A stretch of 64,000 nt of DNA. It comes from an uncultured Bacteroidales bacterium. Its GTDB lineage: Bacteria; Bacteroidota; Bacteroidia; Bacteroidales; F082. A program made the position numbers and the translations under genes. The notes under the pieces were generated by a model that had not been told where the DNA came from, did no database searches, and saw nothing but the letters and a program-made list of their open reading frames with translations. Below are positions 32,538-41,616 of this stretch, in pieces; position 1 is the first letter of the stretch, and every line of letters begins with the position of its first letter. The DNA is taken from contig ONKA01000002.1 in NCBI GenBank assembly GCA_900318265.1, forward strand, positions 78,818 through 142,817, written 5' to 3'.

Positions 32538-34013
32538 TCACATTTTATTTGGCACTGGCCCATTATTAGCCACCACAATAGGTTCTTGGATTTCCTTCAC
32601 CACATTCAGTCCCAACTTTTGTCCTTCTTCCTTCATAAAGGCGTACGCCTCGCTGAAGTTGTTTCCGATGATGCCATCGAGGATGGCCTCGCGGATGGTG
32701 TTCTTGATGACGCCGACTTCACGTCCTTCAGGGATGCCGAAGGTCTCCATGATGGCGATGCCGTCGATGGGAGGCTGCCAGTTGCGCAGGTGGTCCTTGG
32801 CCTCGATTTCTTTCAGTTTCTCTTGAACGATTTCAAAGTTATGGTGGAACTTCTTCACCTTCTCTTCGTTCTTTGAGGTGATGTCGGCGTGACATAGCAA
32901 CATAAGGTCGTCGATGTCGTCGCCAGCGTCAAACAAGAGCCTTCTAACGGCGCTATCGGTGACGATGTCTTCGGCCAACACGATGGGGCGGAGGTGAAGG
33001 AGCACGAGCTTCTCCACGTATTTCATCTTCTCGTTCAAGGGCAGCTTCATGGCGGCGAAGATCTTGGGCACCATCTTGGAGCCTTTGAACTCGTGGCCGT
33101 GGAATGTCCAGCCAGTGCCGTCTTCCCAACGTTTGGTCTGGGGCTTGGCGATGTCGTGCAGCAAGGCAGCCCAGCGCAGCCATAGGTCGTTGCTCTTCTC
33201 AGCCACCTGGTCGAGCACCTGCAAAGTGTGCAGGAAGTTGTCCTTATGGCCTCTGCCTTGCACCACCTCGACGCCTTTCAGCTGTGTGAGTTGTGGGAAG
33301 ATGAGCTTCAACAGCCCGCTCTCATCCAATAGCTTGAAACCGATGGAAGGCTTCGGCGAGAGGATGATCTTGTTCAGCTCCTCGGTGACGCGCTCCATCG
33401 AGACAATCTTGATGCGGTGGGCATTGCGCTTGATGGCCTCAAACGATTCAGGTTCGATGTAAAACTTCAGTTGAGAGGCGAAGCGCACGGCACGCATCAT
33501 GCGCAAAGGGTCGTCAGAATAGGTTATGTCGGGGTCAAGTGGTGTGCGGAGCAGCAACTCTTCCATGTCGCCCATGCCGTTGTAGCGGTCGATGAGGGTG
33601 CCGAAGTCCTCGGCGTTGAGGCTGATGGCCATGGCGTTGATGGTGAAGTCGCGGCGGCTGATGTCGTCCTCCAAAGTGCCGTTCTCCACCACGGGTTTGC
33701 GGCTGTTGCGGTCGTACGACTCTTTCCTTGCGCCCACAAACTCGACTTCCATACCGTCAAAGCGGATCATGGCTGTGCCAAAGGCACCATAGTATTTGGC
33801 TTCCTTGTGGCCAGGTAGGAGGGAGGCGACCTTCTTGGCCAGGGTGATGCCGCTGCCCACGGTGACCACGTCGATGTCGTTCGATGGGCGGCGCAACAGG
33901 ATGTCGCGCACGTAGCCGCCTATGACATAGGTCTTATAGCCCAACTCCGCACTGGCGTAGGCAATCACCTTAAAGATCTTACTACTGATATGTTTCTTGA
34001 AGTCGTAGTTCAT
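32538..34013 (-). CDS. cca: CCA tRNA nucleotidyltransferase with HD domain (poly(A) polymerase-family head domain)
   Basis: ..YVIGGYVRDILLRRPSNDIDVVTVG.., ..RRDFTINAMA.., and C-terminal HD region ..LLHDIAKP... Its start overlaps the clpC stop by 1 nt. Confidence 0.88.
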   Translation of the reverse strand: MNYDFKKHISSKIFKVIAYASAELGYKTYVIGGYVRDILLRRPSNDIDVVTVGSGITLAKKVASLLPGHKEAKYYGAFGTAMIRFDGMEVEFVGARKESYDRNSRKPVVENGTLEDDISRRDFTINAMAISLNAEDFGTLIDRYNGMGDMEELLLRTPLDPDITYSDDPLRMMRAVRFASQLKFYIEPESFEAIKRNAHRIKIVSMERVTEELNKIILSPKPSIGFKLLDESGLLKLIFPQLTQLKGVEVVQGRGHKDNFLHTLQVLDQVAEKSNDLWLRWAALLHDIAKPQTKRWEDGTGWTFHGHEFKGSKMVPKIFAAMKLPLNEKMKYVEKLVLLHLRPIVLAEDIVTDSAVRRLLFDAGDDIDDLMLLCHADITSKNEEKVKKFHHNFEIVQEKLKEIEAKDHLRNWQPPIDGIAIMETFGIPEGREVGVIKNTIREAILDGIIGNNFSEAYAFMKEEGQKLGLNVVKEIQEPIVVANNGPVPNKM

Positions 34014-36595
34014 CAGACTTTGGCTTCTTCAAGGACTTTCTTCTCGTTCGGGATGATGTTGACGATGGTCTCTTCGCCGTTTTCTGCCAAGTCGATGCTG
34101 ATGGTGTCGCCGATGTGGAGGTTGGACGAGATGATGGACTCGGCCAACACGTCCTCCACATACTTCTGGACGGCACGCTTCAGCGGACGGGCGCCATACT
34201 GTTCGTCCCAGCCCTTCTCGGCAAGGAAGTCCATGGCCTTCTCGGTGATCTCGATCTTGTAACCCATCTCTTCGACGCGTTTCACCACCTGACGGATCTC
34301 GATGCCAATAATCTTCTGGATGTCTTTCTTCTCCAATGCGTTGAACATCACCACGTCGTCGACGCGGTTGAGGAACTCGGGCGCGAAGGTGCGCTTCAGG
34401 GCGTTGTCGATGACGCTCTGTGAGTACTCGTTCTTTGAGTTAAGCTTGGCTTGTGTGCCGAAGCCCACGCCTTGGCCGAAGTCCTTCAGCTGGCGCGATC
34501 CGATGTTGGAGGTCATGATGATGATGGTGTTCTTGAAATCGACCTTGCGACCGAGGCTGTCGGTCAGCTGGCCGTCGTCGAGGACTTGGAGCAACAGGTT
34601 GAACACATCGGGGTGTGCCTTCTCAATCTCGTCAAGCAAGACGATGGAGTAGGGCTTGCGGCGCACTTTCTCGGTGAGTTGGCCGCCTTCTTCGTAGCCC
34701 ACGTATCCGGGAGGCGCTCCCACGAGGCGCGACACGGCGAACTTCTCCATGTATTCGCTCATGTCGATGCGGATAAGGGCGTCTTCGCTGTCGAAGAGGA
34801 ACTTGGCGAGCACCTTGGCGAGGTAGGTCTTACCGACGCCCGTGGGGCCGAGGAAGATGAACGAGCCGATGGGCTTGTTGGGGTCTTTCAGTCCGGCGCG
34901 GTTGCGGCGGATGGCGCGGGTCACCTTCTTGATGGCTTCGTCTTGGCCGATGACGGTGCCTGCCAACTCGGTCTCCATGTGCATCAGGCGGTCGCCTTCG
35001 TTCTTGGCGATGCGCTGCACGGGCACGCCCGTCATCATGGCGACAACCTCGGCAACATTTTGCTCGGTCACAGGCTGGCGATGCGCAACGGCGTTGTCCT
35101 CCCAAGCCTTCTTGACGTCTTCAAGCTGTGCCATGAGCTTTACCTCTTCGTTGCGGTACATGCCCGCCTCTTCGAACTTTTGCTCGGCGATGGCGGCTTT
35201 CTTGTCCTTGCGCACGGCGTCGAGACGGCTTTCCAACTCGGTGATCTCGCTCGGCACGTCGATGTTCTTGATGTGTACGCGCGCACCAGCTTCGTCCAAG
35301 GCGTCGATGGCTTTGTCGGGCAGGTGACGGTCGCTGAGGTAACGGTCGGTGAGTTTCACGCAGGCTTCGATGGCCTCGGGTGTGTAAGTGACCAAGTGAT
35401 GGTCTTCGTATCTCGGTTTGATGTTGTTCAAAATCTCGATGGTCTCGGCAGGCGTGGTGGGCTCGACAAGGATCTTCTGGAAGCGGCGCTCCAAGGCACC
35501 GTCTTTCTCGATGTACTGGCGGTATTCATCCAAGGTGGTGGAACCGATGCACTGCAACTCGCCACGCGCCAAGGCGGGTTTGAACATGTTGCTGGCATCG
35601 AGTGAGCCATTGGCATTGCCAGCGCCGACGAGGGTGTGGATCTCATCGACGAAGAGGATGATGTCGCGGTTGTTCTCCAACTCGTTGAGGATGGCCTTGA
35701 TGCGTTCCTCAAACTGGCCGCGGTATTTGGTGCCGGCCACGATGGAGCCGATGTCGAGCATGACGACGCGTTTATTAAATAAGGTGCGCGGCACACGATG
35801 CTGCACGATGCGTATGGCCAAGCCTTCGGCGATGGCCGACTTGCCCACACCAGGCTCACCGATGAGGATGGGGTTGTTCTTCTTGCGACGGCTGAGGATT
35901 TGGGCAATGCGCTCCAGCTCGCGCTCACGGCCTACGATGGGGTCGAGGCGGTTCTCTTCGGCGGCCTTGGTGAGGTCGCGGCCGAAGTTGTCGAGGACGG
36001 GCGTCTTGCTCTTGGCTGCAGGAGTCTTCTTGGGCTTCTCCTGCTGCGGCCGGATTTCGTTCATCAGGTCGTCTTCTTCCTCCTCGTCATCATCATTGAA
36101 GATGTTGGAAGCGTAGCCTTGTTGCTCTTCGGGCGCCGACTCTTGAGGGTCGCTGTTTTCGGCCGTGAAGCGCAGCAGTTCCTGCTTGAAGTTATCGTAG
36201 TTGATGCCTTCAAACTCGAGGTTTTGCGAGATAATGTTGTTCTTCTCGTGCAGGATAGCCAGCATGAGGTGCTCGGAGCGGACGATGTCCGAATGGAACT
36301 CCTTGGCGATGATATAGGTGAACTTCAACACGCGCTCGGCCTGCTTGGTCAGCGGCAAGGCCAGCACTTGGCTGGAGTTGCTGTTGGCTGTGCGCACTGA
36401 GGCTTCCAGTTTCTTCGAGAATACTTCAATGTTCAGGTTGAGGTTCTCCAAAATGCGGATGGCAGCACTACCGCCTTCCTTCAACATACCCAAAAAAAGG
36501 TGCTCCAACCCGACGTATGCGTTCCCTAGACGTTGTGCCTCCTGATGGCTAAGTGACAAAATGGCACGAACGCGGGGAGAGAATTTTGCATCCAT
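34013..36595 (-). CDS. clpC: ATP-dependent Clp protease ATP-binding subunit, ClpC type
   Basis: Clp_N repeats and two AAA+ modules (GEPGVGKSAIAEGLA; GPTGVGKTYLAK). A short UVR-like middle segment (EQKFEEAGMYRNEE) replaces a long ClpB M-domain. Confidence 0.93.
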   Translation of the reverse strand: MDAKFSPRVRAILSLSHQEAQRLGNAYVGLEHLFLGMLKEGGSAAIRILENLNLNIEVFSKKLEASVRTANSNSSQVLALPLTKQAERVLKFTYIIAKEFHSDIVRSEHLMLAILHEKNNIISQNLEFEGINYDNFKQELLRFTAENSDPQESAPEEQQGYASNIFNDDDEEEEDDLMNEIRPQQEKPKKTPAAKSKTPVLDNFGRDLTKAAEENRLDPIVGRERELERIAQILSRRKKNNPILIGEPGVGKSAIAEGLAIRIVQHRVPRTLFNKRVVMLDIGSIVAGTKYRGQFEERIKAILNELENNRDIILFVDEIHTLVGAGNANGSLDASNMFKPALARGELQCIGSTTLDEYRQYIEKDGALERRFQKILVEPTTPAETIEILNNIKPRYEDHHLVTYTPEAIEACVKLTDRYLSDRHLPDKAIDALDEAGARVHIKNIDVPSEITELESRLDAVRKDKKAAIAEQKFEEAGMYRNEEVKLMAQLEDVKKAWEDNAVAHRQPVTEQNVAEVVAMMTGVPVQRIAKNEGDRLMHMETELAGTVIGQDEAIKKVTRAIRRNRAGLKDPNKPIGSFIFLGPTGVGKTYLAKVLAKFLFDSEDALIRIDMSEYMEKFAVSRLVGAPPGYVGYEEGGQLTEKVRRKPYSIVLLDEIEKAHPDVFNLLLQVLDDGQLTDSLGRKVDFKNTIIIMTSNIGSRQLKDFGQGVGFGTQAKLNSKNEYSQSVIDNALKRTFAPEFLNRVDDVVMFNALEKKDIQKIIGIEIRQVVKRVEEMGYKIEITEKAMDFLAEKGWDEQYGARPLKRAVQKYVEDVLAESIISSNLHIGDTISIDLAENGEETIVNIIPNEKKVLEEAKV

Positions 36596-36669
36596 ATTAT
36601 TCTAATTCGTTTGTTATCAATACTTTAATAAAATACCCTGCTTTTCTTCTGTCTGATTCATTCAGAGTG

Positions 36670-36677
36670 CAAAGGTA
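36670..36677 (-). promoter_or_regulatory. -7 box TACCTTTG (clpC-cca-miaA operon)
   Basis: Plus strand reads CAAAGGTA, ~75 nt upstream of ATG 36595. Confidence 0.5.
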
Positions 36678-36806
36678 CAAACAAAAACCGCGCCGCGCCA
36701 GAGTAAAAACAATAAAAGCATGGATTTTTTATTTGTTTAGAATCAAATTTGGAGGATTTTTTTTCAAGCAGATGGTGTTGCAGCGCGCATACGCAACAGC
36801 TCTCTT

Positions 36807-36834
36807 ATACATACATACATACATACATACATAC
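36807..36834. repeat. tetranucleotide microsatellite (ATAC)7
   Basis: Seven perfect ATAC units in the divergent clpC / lectin intergenic region. Confidence 0.95.
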
Positions 36835-36850
36835 GCACCAAACTCAAAAA

Positions 36851-36870
36851 ATTGTCATAAAAGATTGTCA
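36851..36870 (+). promoter_or_regulatory. direct repeat ATTGTCA-N6-ATTGTCA overlapping the -33 region of the 36887 promoter (possible regulator site)
   Basis: Heptamers at 36851-57 and 36864-70. The extended form is A(A/G)ATTGTCA(T/C)A. The second copy ends 17 bp before the -7 box. Confidence 0.35.
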
Positions 36871-36886
36871 CATAGGATAAAATGTA

Positions 36887-36894
36887 TATCTTTG
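36887..36894 (+). promoter_or_regulatory. -7 box TATCTTTG (leader RNA / lectin gene)
   Basis: Matches TAnnTTTG. It is the only canonical box between clpC and the lectin ATG at 37099. Confidence 0.55.
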
Positions 36895-36899
36895 CAGCG

Positions 36900-36977
36900 G
36901 GTTGAAAGGACTTCGGCATCCTGATAACCCAAAACCAAGAAAACCAAGTATAATTTGAAGTCCCTTGGTTTTTTTGA
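36900..36977 (+). ncRNA. candidate structured leader or small RNA upstream of the lectin gene
   Basis: TATCTTTG box at 36887-36894. The first hairpin is GGGTT..AGGA-CTTCGGCA-TCCT..AACCC (36899-36930). The terminator-like hairpin is AACCAAG..CTTGGTT followed by TTTTTT (36942-36976). GGACTTC (36908-14) can alternatively pair with GAAGTCC (36957-63). Confidence 0.45.
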
Positions 36978-37098
36978 AAACAAGCAAATTCTATACTTTA
37001 TGTTTACTATTGCCTTGTGATAGCTGAAAAAATAACACGCGAAACAAAAAAAGCAAATTGCACAATCTTAAAAATAACTCAAACTAAATCAATTCATT

Positions 37099-38658
37099 AT
37101 GAAAAAACTATTCTTAACCTTAATGGTCGTTTTGGCTTTTACTGCCACTGCTTTTGCCCAGCTGATTCCAGAGGGCGAATACGTCATCAGATTCGCCCAG
37201 GGTCCCGATTACGTGTTGACTTTGAAAAATGGTAAGGCAAGCAATAGTAACCTTGTCCACCTTTGGAAGTGGAGAAATGACAAGTCCCAAAAATGGAAGG
37301 TGACCCATACGAACGGCAAAATGGTCATCCGAAGCATGGTCGATAACAACTATGTGTTGGATGTGACGGGCTATAAGTATGCCAATGGTACACAAATCAA
37401 TGTCTACACTTATCATGGCAATGACAATCAGCTATGGACAGCTGAACGCACGAGTAATGGTTCCTACATACTGAAGACGGCGGGCAACCCAAACTATTGT
37501 CTTGACTTGAAAGATGGTGTTGCCAAGAACGACAACAAGATCGAACTCTGGAATGTTCATAATAGATTCCAAGAACAATGGATCTTTGAGAAAGCCTCCA
37601 AAATGCCGAAACCTGTTCAAGCCACAAATACCACTATTGCTGACGGCGAATATGTGATCAAGTTCGCCAAGAATCCTGATTACGTGCTGACGCTGAAGGA
37701 TGGCAAGGCCAGTAATTCCAACCTTGTCCATCTTTGGAAGTGGCAAAACGACAATTCCCAAAAATGGAAGGTGACTCACACAAATGGCAAAGTTGTTTTC
37801 CATAGCATGGTTAACGACAAGTATGTGTTGGACGTGAAAGGCTCAACCTACGCCGATGATACGCAAGTCCAACTCTATGAATATCGTAGTGCTACCAACC
37901 AACTCTGGATTCCTGAACTACTGAGCAATGGCTCATACGCGTTGATGGCAGCAGGTAACTCGGACTACTGCCTCGACCTAGATGAAGGCATTATCAAGAA
38001 CAATAATACAATACAAATTTGGAGAGCGCACAAAGGATTCCAGCAACAATGGATCATCGAGAAAGCACCCACCCAAACCAACTCAAACGGAATCGCCGGT
38101 GTTTACATCACCGATTTCAACGAAATGACCTTGCAAGTCAACGGCAACAAGGTAACTGGCACCTACAATTGGCATGACGGCCGCATTGAGGGAACGCTCT
38201 CAGGACATACCCTCATCGGACGCTGGACACAGTCAAACGGCAAGGGGCGGCTTGTAATGGAGTTCAACTCCGACTTCTCGGCCTTTACCGGCAAGTGGGA
38301 CTACAACGAAGCCGAACCATCAAAGAATTGGAGCGGAAGGAAAATAAAGAATTCTACAACCAATAACAACAGCACTGTCACTCCAGTTAATTCGCCATCC
38401 GCTGCCGGTGTTTACAACACCGATTTCAACGAAATGACCTTGAAAGTCAATGGCAACAAGGTAACTGGCACCTACAATTGGCATGACGGCCGCATTGAGG
38501 GAACGCTCTCGGGACATACCCTCACCGGACGCTGGACGCAGTCAAACGGCAAGGGGCGGCTTGTAATGGAATTCAACTCCGACTTCTCGGCCTTTACCGG
38601 CAAGTGGGACTACAACGAAGCCGAACCATCAAAGAATTGGAGCGGCAAGAAAAAATAA
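37099..38658 (+). CDS. secreted lectin: two ricin-B (beta-trefoil) domains plus two copies of an unassigned ~80-aa C-terminal domain
   Basis: Signal peptide MKKLFLTLMVVLAFTATAFA. There are two ~150-aa units with QxW motifs (SQKWKV, NQLWTA/NQLWIP, QEQWIF/QQQWII). Two near-identical units follow: GVY.TDFNEMTL.VNGNKVTGTYNWHDGRIEGTLSGHTL.GRWTQSNGKGRLVMEFNSDFSAFTGKWDYNEAEPSKNWSG. Confidence 0.88.
   Translation: MKKLFLTLMVVLAFTATAFAQLIPEGEYVIRFAQGPDYVLTLKNGKASNSNLVHLWKWRNDKSQKWKVTHTNGKMVIRSMVDNNYVLDVTGYKYANGTQINVYTYHGNDNQLWTAERTSNGSYILKTAGNPNYCLDLKDGVAKNDNKIELWNVHNRFQEQWIFEKASKMPKPVQATNTTIADGEYVIKFAKNPDYVLTLKDGKASNSNLVHLWKWQNDNSQKWKVTHTNGKVVFHSMVNDKYVLDVKGSTYADDTQVQLYEYRSATNQLWIPELLSNGSYALMAAGNSDYCLDLDEGIIKNNNTIQIWRAHKGFQQQWIIEKAPTQTNSNGIAGVYITDFNEMTLQVNGNKVTGTYNWHDGRIEGTLSGHTLIGRWTQSNGKGRLVMEFNSDFSAFTGKWDYNEAEPSKNWSGRKIKNSTTNNNSTVTPVNSPSAAGVYNTDFNEMTLKVNGNKVTGTYNWHDGRIEGTLSGHTLTGRWTQSNGKGRLVMEFNSDFSAFTGKWDYNEAEPSKNWSGKKK
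38095..38645 (+). repeat. 242-bp direct duplication (38095-38336 and 38404-38645) inside the lectin gene
   Basis: The offset is 309 bp. I count 7 mismatches in 242 bp (~97% identity). A 67-bp linker encodes RKIKNSTTNNNSTVTPVNSPSAA. Confidence 0.92.
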
Positions 38659-38700
38659 TAGTGTATTTGCCTTGTAAACTTTGCTAAATAAAACATCTCG

Positions 38701-38730
38701 AATCCCGTGGCAAGGTTCCGCTACGGGATT
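38701..38730 (+). terminator. hairpin after the lectin gene
   Basis: AATCCCGT..ACGGGATT followed by a weak T-run (TGTGTT). Confidence 0.5.
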
Positions 38731-38784
38731 TGTGTTAATAGGAAGTTTTTACCCAATTTTTGTCGAACCTATCGGATTATTTCG

Positions 38785-38792
38785 TATTTTTG
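38785..38792 (+). promoter_or_regulatory. -7 box TATTTTTG (gyrA)
   Basis: 38 nt before ATG 38830. Confidence 0.6.
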
Positions 38793-38829
38793 CACCCTTA
38801 TTTGTAAAAGCGAAAATTAGAACCAGAAA

Positions 38830-41469
38830 ATGGACGAAAACAATATCAACAATCCTGAAAATCAGGAAGAAATGCCTGAAGAACTCTCAAGAGAAAAAAT
38901 TATCAAAGTCAACCTTGAGAACCAGATGAAGTCGGCTTACATCGACTATTCGATGTCCGTCATCATCTCGCGTGCCTTGCCCGATGTGCGCGACGGCCTC
39001 AAACCCGTACACCGTCGTGTGCTCTATGGCATGAAGGAATTGGGCGTCACCTCACGCAGTGGCTACAAGAAGTCGGCCCGTATTGTCGGTGAGGTGCTCG
39101 GTAAGTACCACCCGCACGGCGACTCGTCGGTCTACGACGCTATGGTGCGTATGGCCCAGAGCTGGTCATTGCGCTATCCTTTGGTCGACGGCCAAGGTAA
39201 CTTCGGCTCGGTCGACGGCGACAGCCCTGCTGCCATGCGTTACACCGAGGCACGTCTTCAGAAGATTGCAGAAGAGATGCTCGACGACCTTGACAAGGAC
39301 ACCGTCGACTTCCAAAATAACTTCGACGACTCGCTGCAAGAGCCTACTGTGCTGCCTACCCAGATTCCTACCTTATTAGTGAACGGTACCAATGGTATCG
39401 CCGTGGGTATGGCCACCAATATGGCACCCCATAACCTCAGCGAATGCGTCGACGGCATCATCGCCTATATCGACAACCGCGAAATCACCACGCAGGAGCT
39501 GATGCAATACATCAAGGCTCCCGATTTCCCGACCGCCGGCGTCATCTACGGCTACGAAGGAGTACGCGAAGCGTTTGAGACGGGTAGGGGACGCATCGTC
39601 CTCCGTGGCGAGACCCACTTCGAGGAACACAATGGTCATGAGCGCATCATCGCCACATCGATTCCTTATCAGGTCAACAAGGCTGAGATGATCAAGAAGA
39701 CCGCCGACCTCGTCAACGAGAAGAAGCTGGAAGGCCTGGCCGACATCCGCGACGAGTCAGACAGAAAAGGTATTCGCGTGGTGTACGAGTTGAAGCGCGA
39801 CGCCAATCCTGACATCGTCCTGAACAAGCTGTTCATGATGACTCCGCTGCAGAGCTCGTTCAACGTGAACAACGTGGCCTTGGTCAACGGCCGTCCCTAT
39901 ACCTTGAACCTCAAGCAGCTGATTGAGCATTTCGTGGCCCACCGTCACGAGATCATCCTGCGTCGTACGCGCTTCGAGCTGAAGAAAGCCGAAGACCGTG
40001 CCCATATCTTGGAGGGTCTGGCCCGCGCCATCGACATCGTCGACGAGATCATCGCCACCATCCGTGCCTGTAAGGGCGGCACGCCTGAAGCCAAGCAAGC
40101 CATCATGGACAAGTTCGGTTTCGACGACCCGCAAGCCAGTGCTATCGTGGCTTACCGCCTCGGTCAGTTGGCTGGCCTCGAGATCAAGAAGATCATGGAC
40201 GAGTTGGACGAAATCCACGAACGCATCAAGCATTTCCACGAAATTCTACAGAATGAGGAATTGCAGTTCCAGATCATCAAGGACGAACTGCTGGTCATCA
40301 AAGAGAAATATGGCGATGCCCGCCGCACCCAGATTGTGCCCGCCGCCGGTGAGTTCCGTATGGAGGACATCATCGCCGACGACGCCGTGGTCATCACCAT
40401 CTCGCACCTCGGTTACATCAAGCGCACACCGCTGACCGAATACCGCGTACAGAGCCGTGGCGGCAAGGGCTCGAAGGGCTCCGCTACCCGCGACACCGAC
40501 TTCATCGAACACATCTTCACGGCCACCAACCACAATCACCTGCTCTTCTTCACCGAGCAAGGCAAGTGCTACAAACTCAGAGCCTTCGAAATTCCAGAAG
40601 AGGGTAAGAACAGCAAGGGGCGCGCCATCCAAAACCTGTTGCCGCTCGACAAGGACAACAAGGTGATGGCCTACCTCAACGTGAAGAGCATGACCGATGA
40701 GGAATACCTTGAGAACAACTACATCATCCTCTGCACCAAGAAGGGTATCATCAAGAAGACCAACTTGGCTGCCTATAAGAATGTGCGCCAAAATGGCATT
40801 ATCGCTGTCAATATCCGCGAGGACGACCAACTGCTTGAGGCTTGCCTCACCAGCGGCAACGACGAGGTGCTGATGGCTGTGCGTTCGGGCAAGGCCGTCC
40901 GCTTCAACGAGCAGACCGTCCGTCCGATGGGCCGTACCGCTACGGGTGTGAAAGCCATCACCTTGGGCTCGCCCGACGACGAAGTCATCGGCATGGTGTG
41001 CATCAACGACCCGCAACAGACCGTCCTGGTCGTCTCCGAGAAGGGCTTCGGCAAGCGTTCCGACATCGAGGACTACCGTATCACCAACCGTGGTGCCAAG
41101 GGCGTGAAGACCTTGAACATCACCGACAAGACCGGCGACCTCATCGCCATCAAGGCCGTGACCGACGACGAAGACCTGATGATTATCAACAAGTCGGGTA
41201 TCGTGATTAGAATGGCAGTCAGCAAGCTGCGTGTGATGGGTCGTGCCACTCAAGGCGTGAAGCTCATCGACCTGCGTGGCACTGACGAAATCGCTGCCGT
41301 CACCAAGACCGAGCATGAGGACGAAGAAGAAACCGAGGTCGTTGAGCCTGTCGAAACGCCGACCCCTGATGGAACCGAGGCCCCTGAGCCCGTCGAAGGG
41401 CCGATCGAAAATAATGACTCTGTCGAAGGAGTCGAAGGGCTGAACGAAACTGAAGAAGAGAATAACTAA
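38830..41469 (+). CDS. gyrA: DNA gyrase subunit A
   Basis: ..[31 protein letters not shown].., GKYHPHGD and C-terminal beta-pinwheel repeats. The acidic tail is encoded by repeat-like DNA (41341-41442). Confidence 0.97.
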   Translation: MDENNINNPENQEEMPEELSREKIIKVNLENQMKSAYIDYSMSVIISRALPDVRDGLKPVHRRVLYGMKELGVTSRSGYKKSARIVGEVLGKYHPHGDSSVYDAMVRMAQSWSLRYPLVDGQGNFGSVDGDSPAAMRYTEARLQKIAEEMLDDLDKDTVDFQNNFDDSLQEPTVLPTQIPTLLVNGTNGIAVGMATNMAPHNLSECVDGIIAYIDNREITTQELMQYIKAPDFPTAGVIYGYEGVREAFETGRGRIVLRGETHFEEHNGHERIIATSIPYQVNKAEMIKKTADLVNEKKLEGLADIRDESDRKGIRVVYELKRDANPDIVLNKLFMMTPLQSSFNVNNVALVNGRPYTLNLKQLIEHFVAHRHEIILRRTRFELKKAEDRAHILEGLARAIDIVDEIIATIRACKGGTPEAKQAIMDKFGFDDPQASAIVAYRLGQLAGLEIKKIMDELDEIHERIKHFHEILQNEELQFQIIKDELLVIKEKYGDARRTQIVPAAGEFRMEDIIADDAVVITISHLGYIKRTPLTEYRVQSRGGKGSKGSATRDTDFIEHIFTATNHNHLLFFTEQGKCYKLRAFEIPEEGKNSKGRAIQNLLPLDKDNKVMAYLNVKSMTDEEYLENNYIILCTKKGIIKKTNLAAYKNVRQNGIIAVNIREDDQLLEACLTSGNDEVLMAVRSGKAVRFNEQTVRPMGRTATGVKAITLGSPDDEVIGMVCINDPQQTVLVVSEKGFGKRSDIEDYRITNRGAKGVKTLNITDKTGDLIAIKAVTDDEDLMIINKSGIVIRMAVSKLRVMGRATQGVKLIDLRGTDEIAAVTKTEHEDEEETEVVEPVETPTPDGTEAPEPVEGPIENNDSVEGVEGLNETEEENN
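41341..41442 (+). repeat. three degenerate units of the same element inside the gyrA 3' coding tail
   Basis: The units are GTTGAGCCTGTCGAAACGCC, GAGGCCCCTGAGCCCGTCGAAGGGCCG (24/27 identical to the miaA right arm) and CTCTGTCGAAGGAGTCGAAGGGCTG. Confidence 0.8.
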
Positions 41470-41616
41470 TAAGAATAGCCTCCCATAGATTCCAGCATAC
41501 GCACATGCCTACGTAGGAATGACATGGGAGGCAATTCAAACTACTTTGGAACAATAATTGTAAGGAAAGATAATAACCAATCGAAAAATTGTCAAACTTT
41601 AAATAATTGGAAAAAA

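Noticed and set aside
31523-32578. Full 351-aa miaA ORF starting at 32578 (MWWLIMGQCQIKC..).
   Set aside because: That start lies inside the cca coding region, and the first 14 codons look non-coding. The plausible starts are 32536 or 32476.
36553-36924. 123-aa plus-strand ORF spanning the clpC start and the clpC-lectin intergenic region.
   Set aside because: It overlaps the clpC 5' end, runs through the AT-rich promoter DNA and the (ATAC)7 repeat (translated as YIHTYIHTY), and has no start context.
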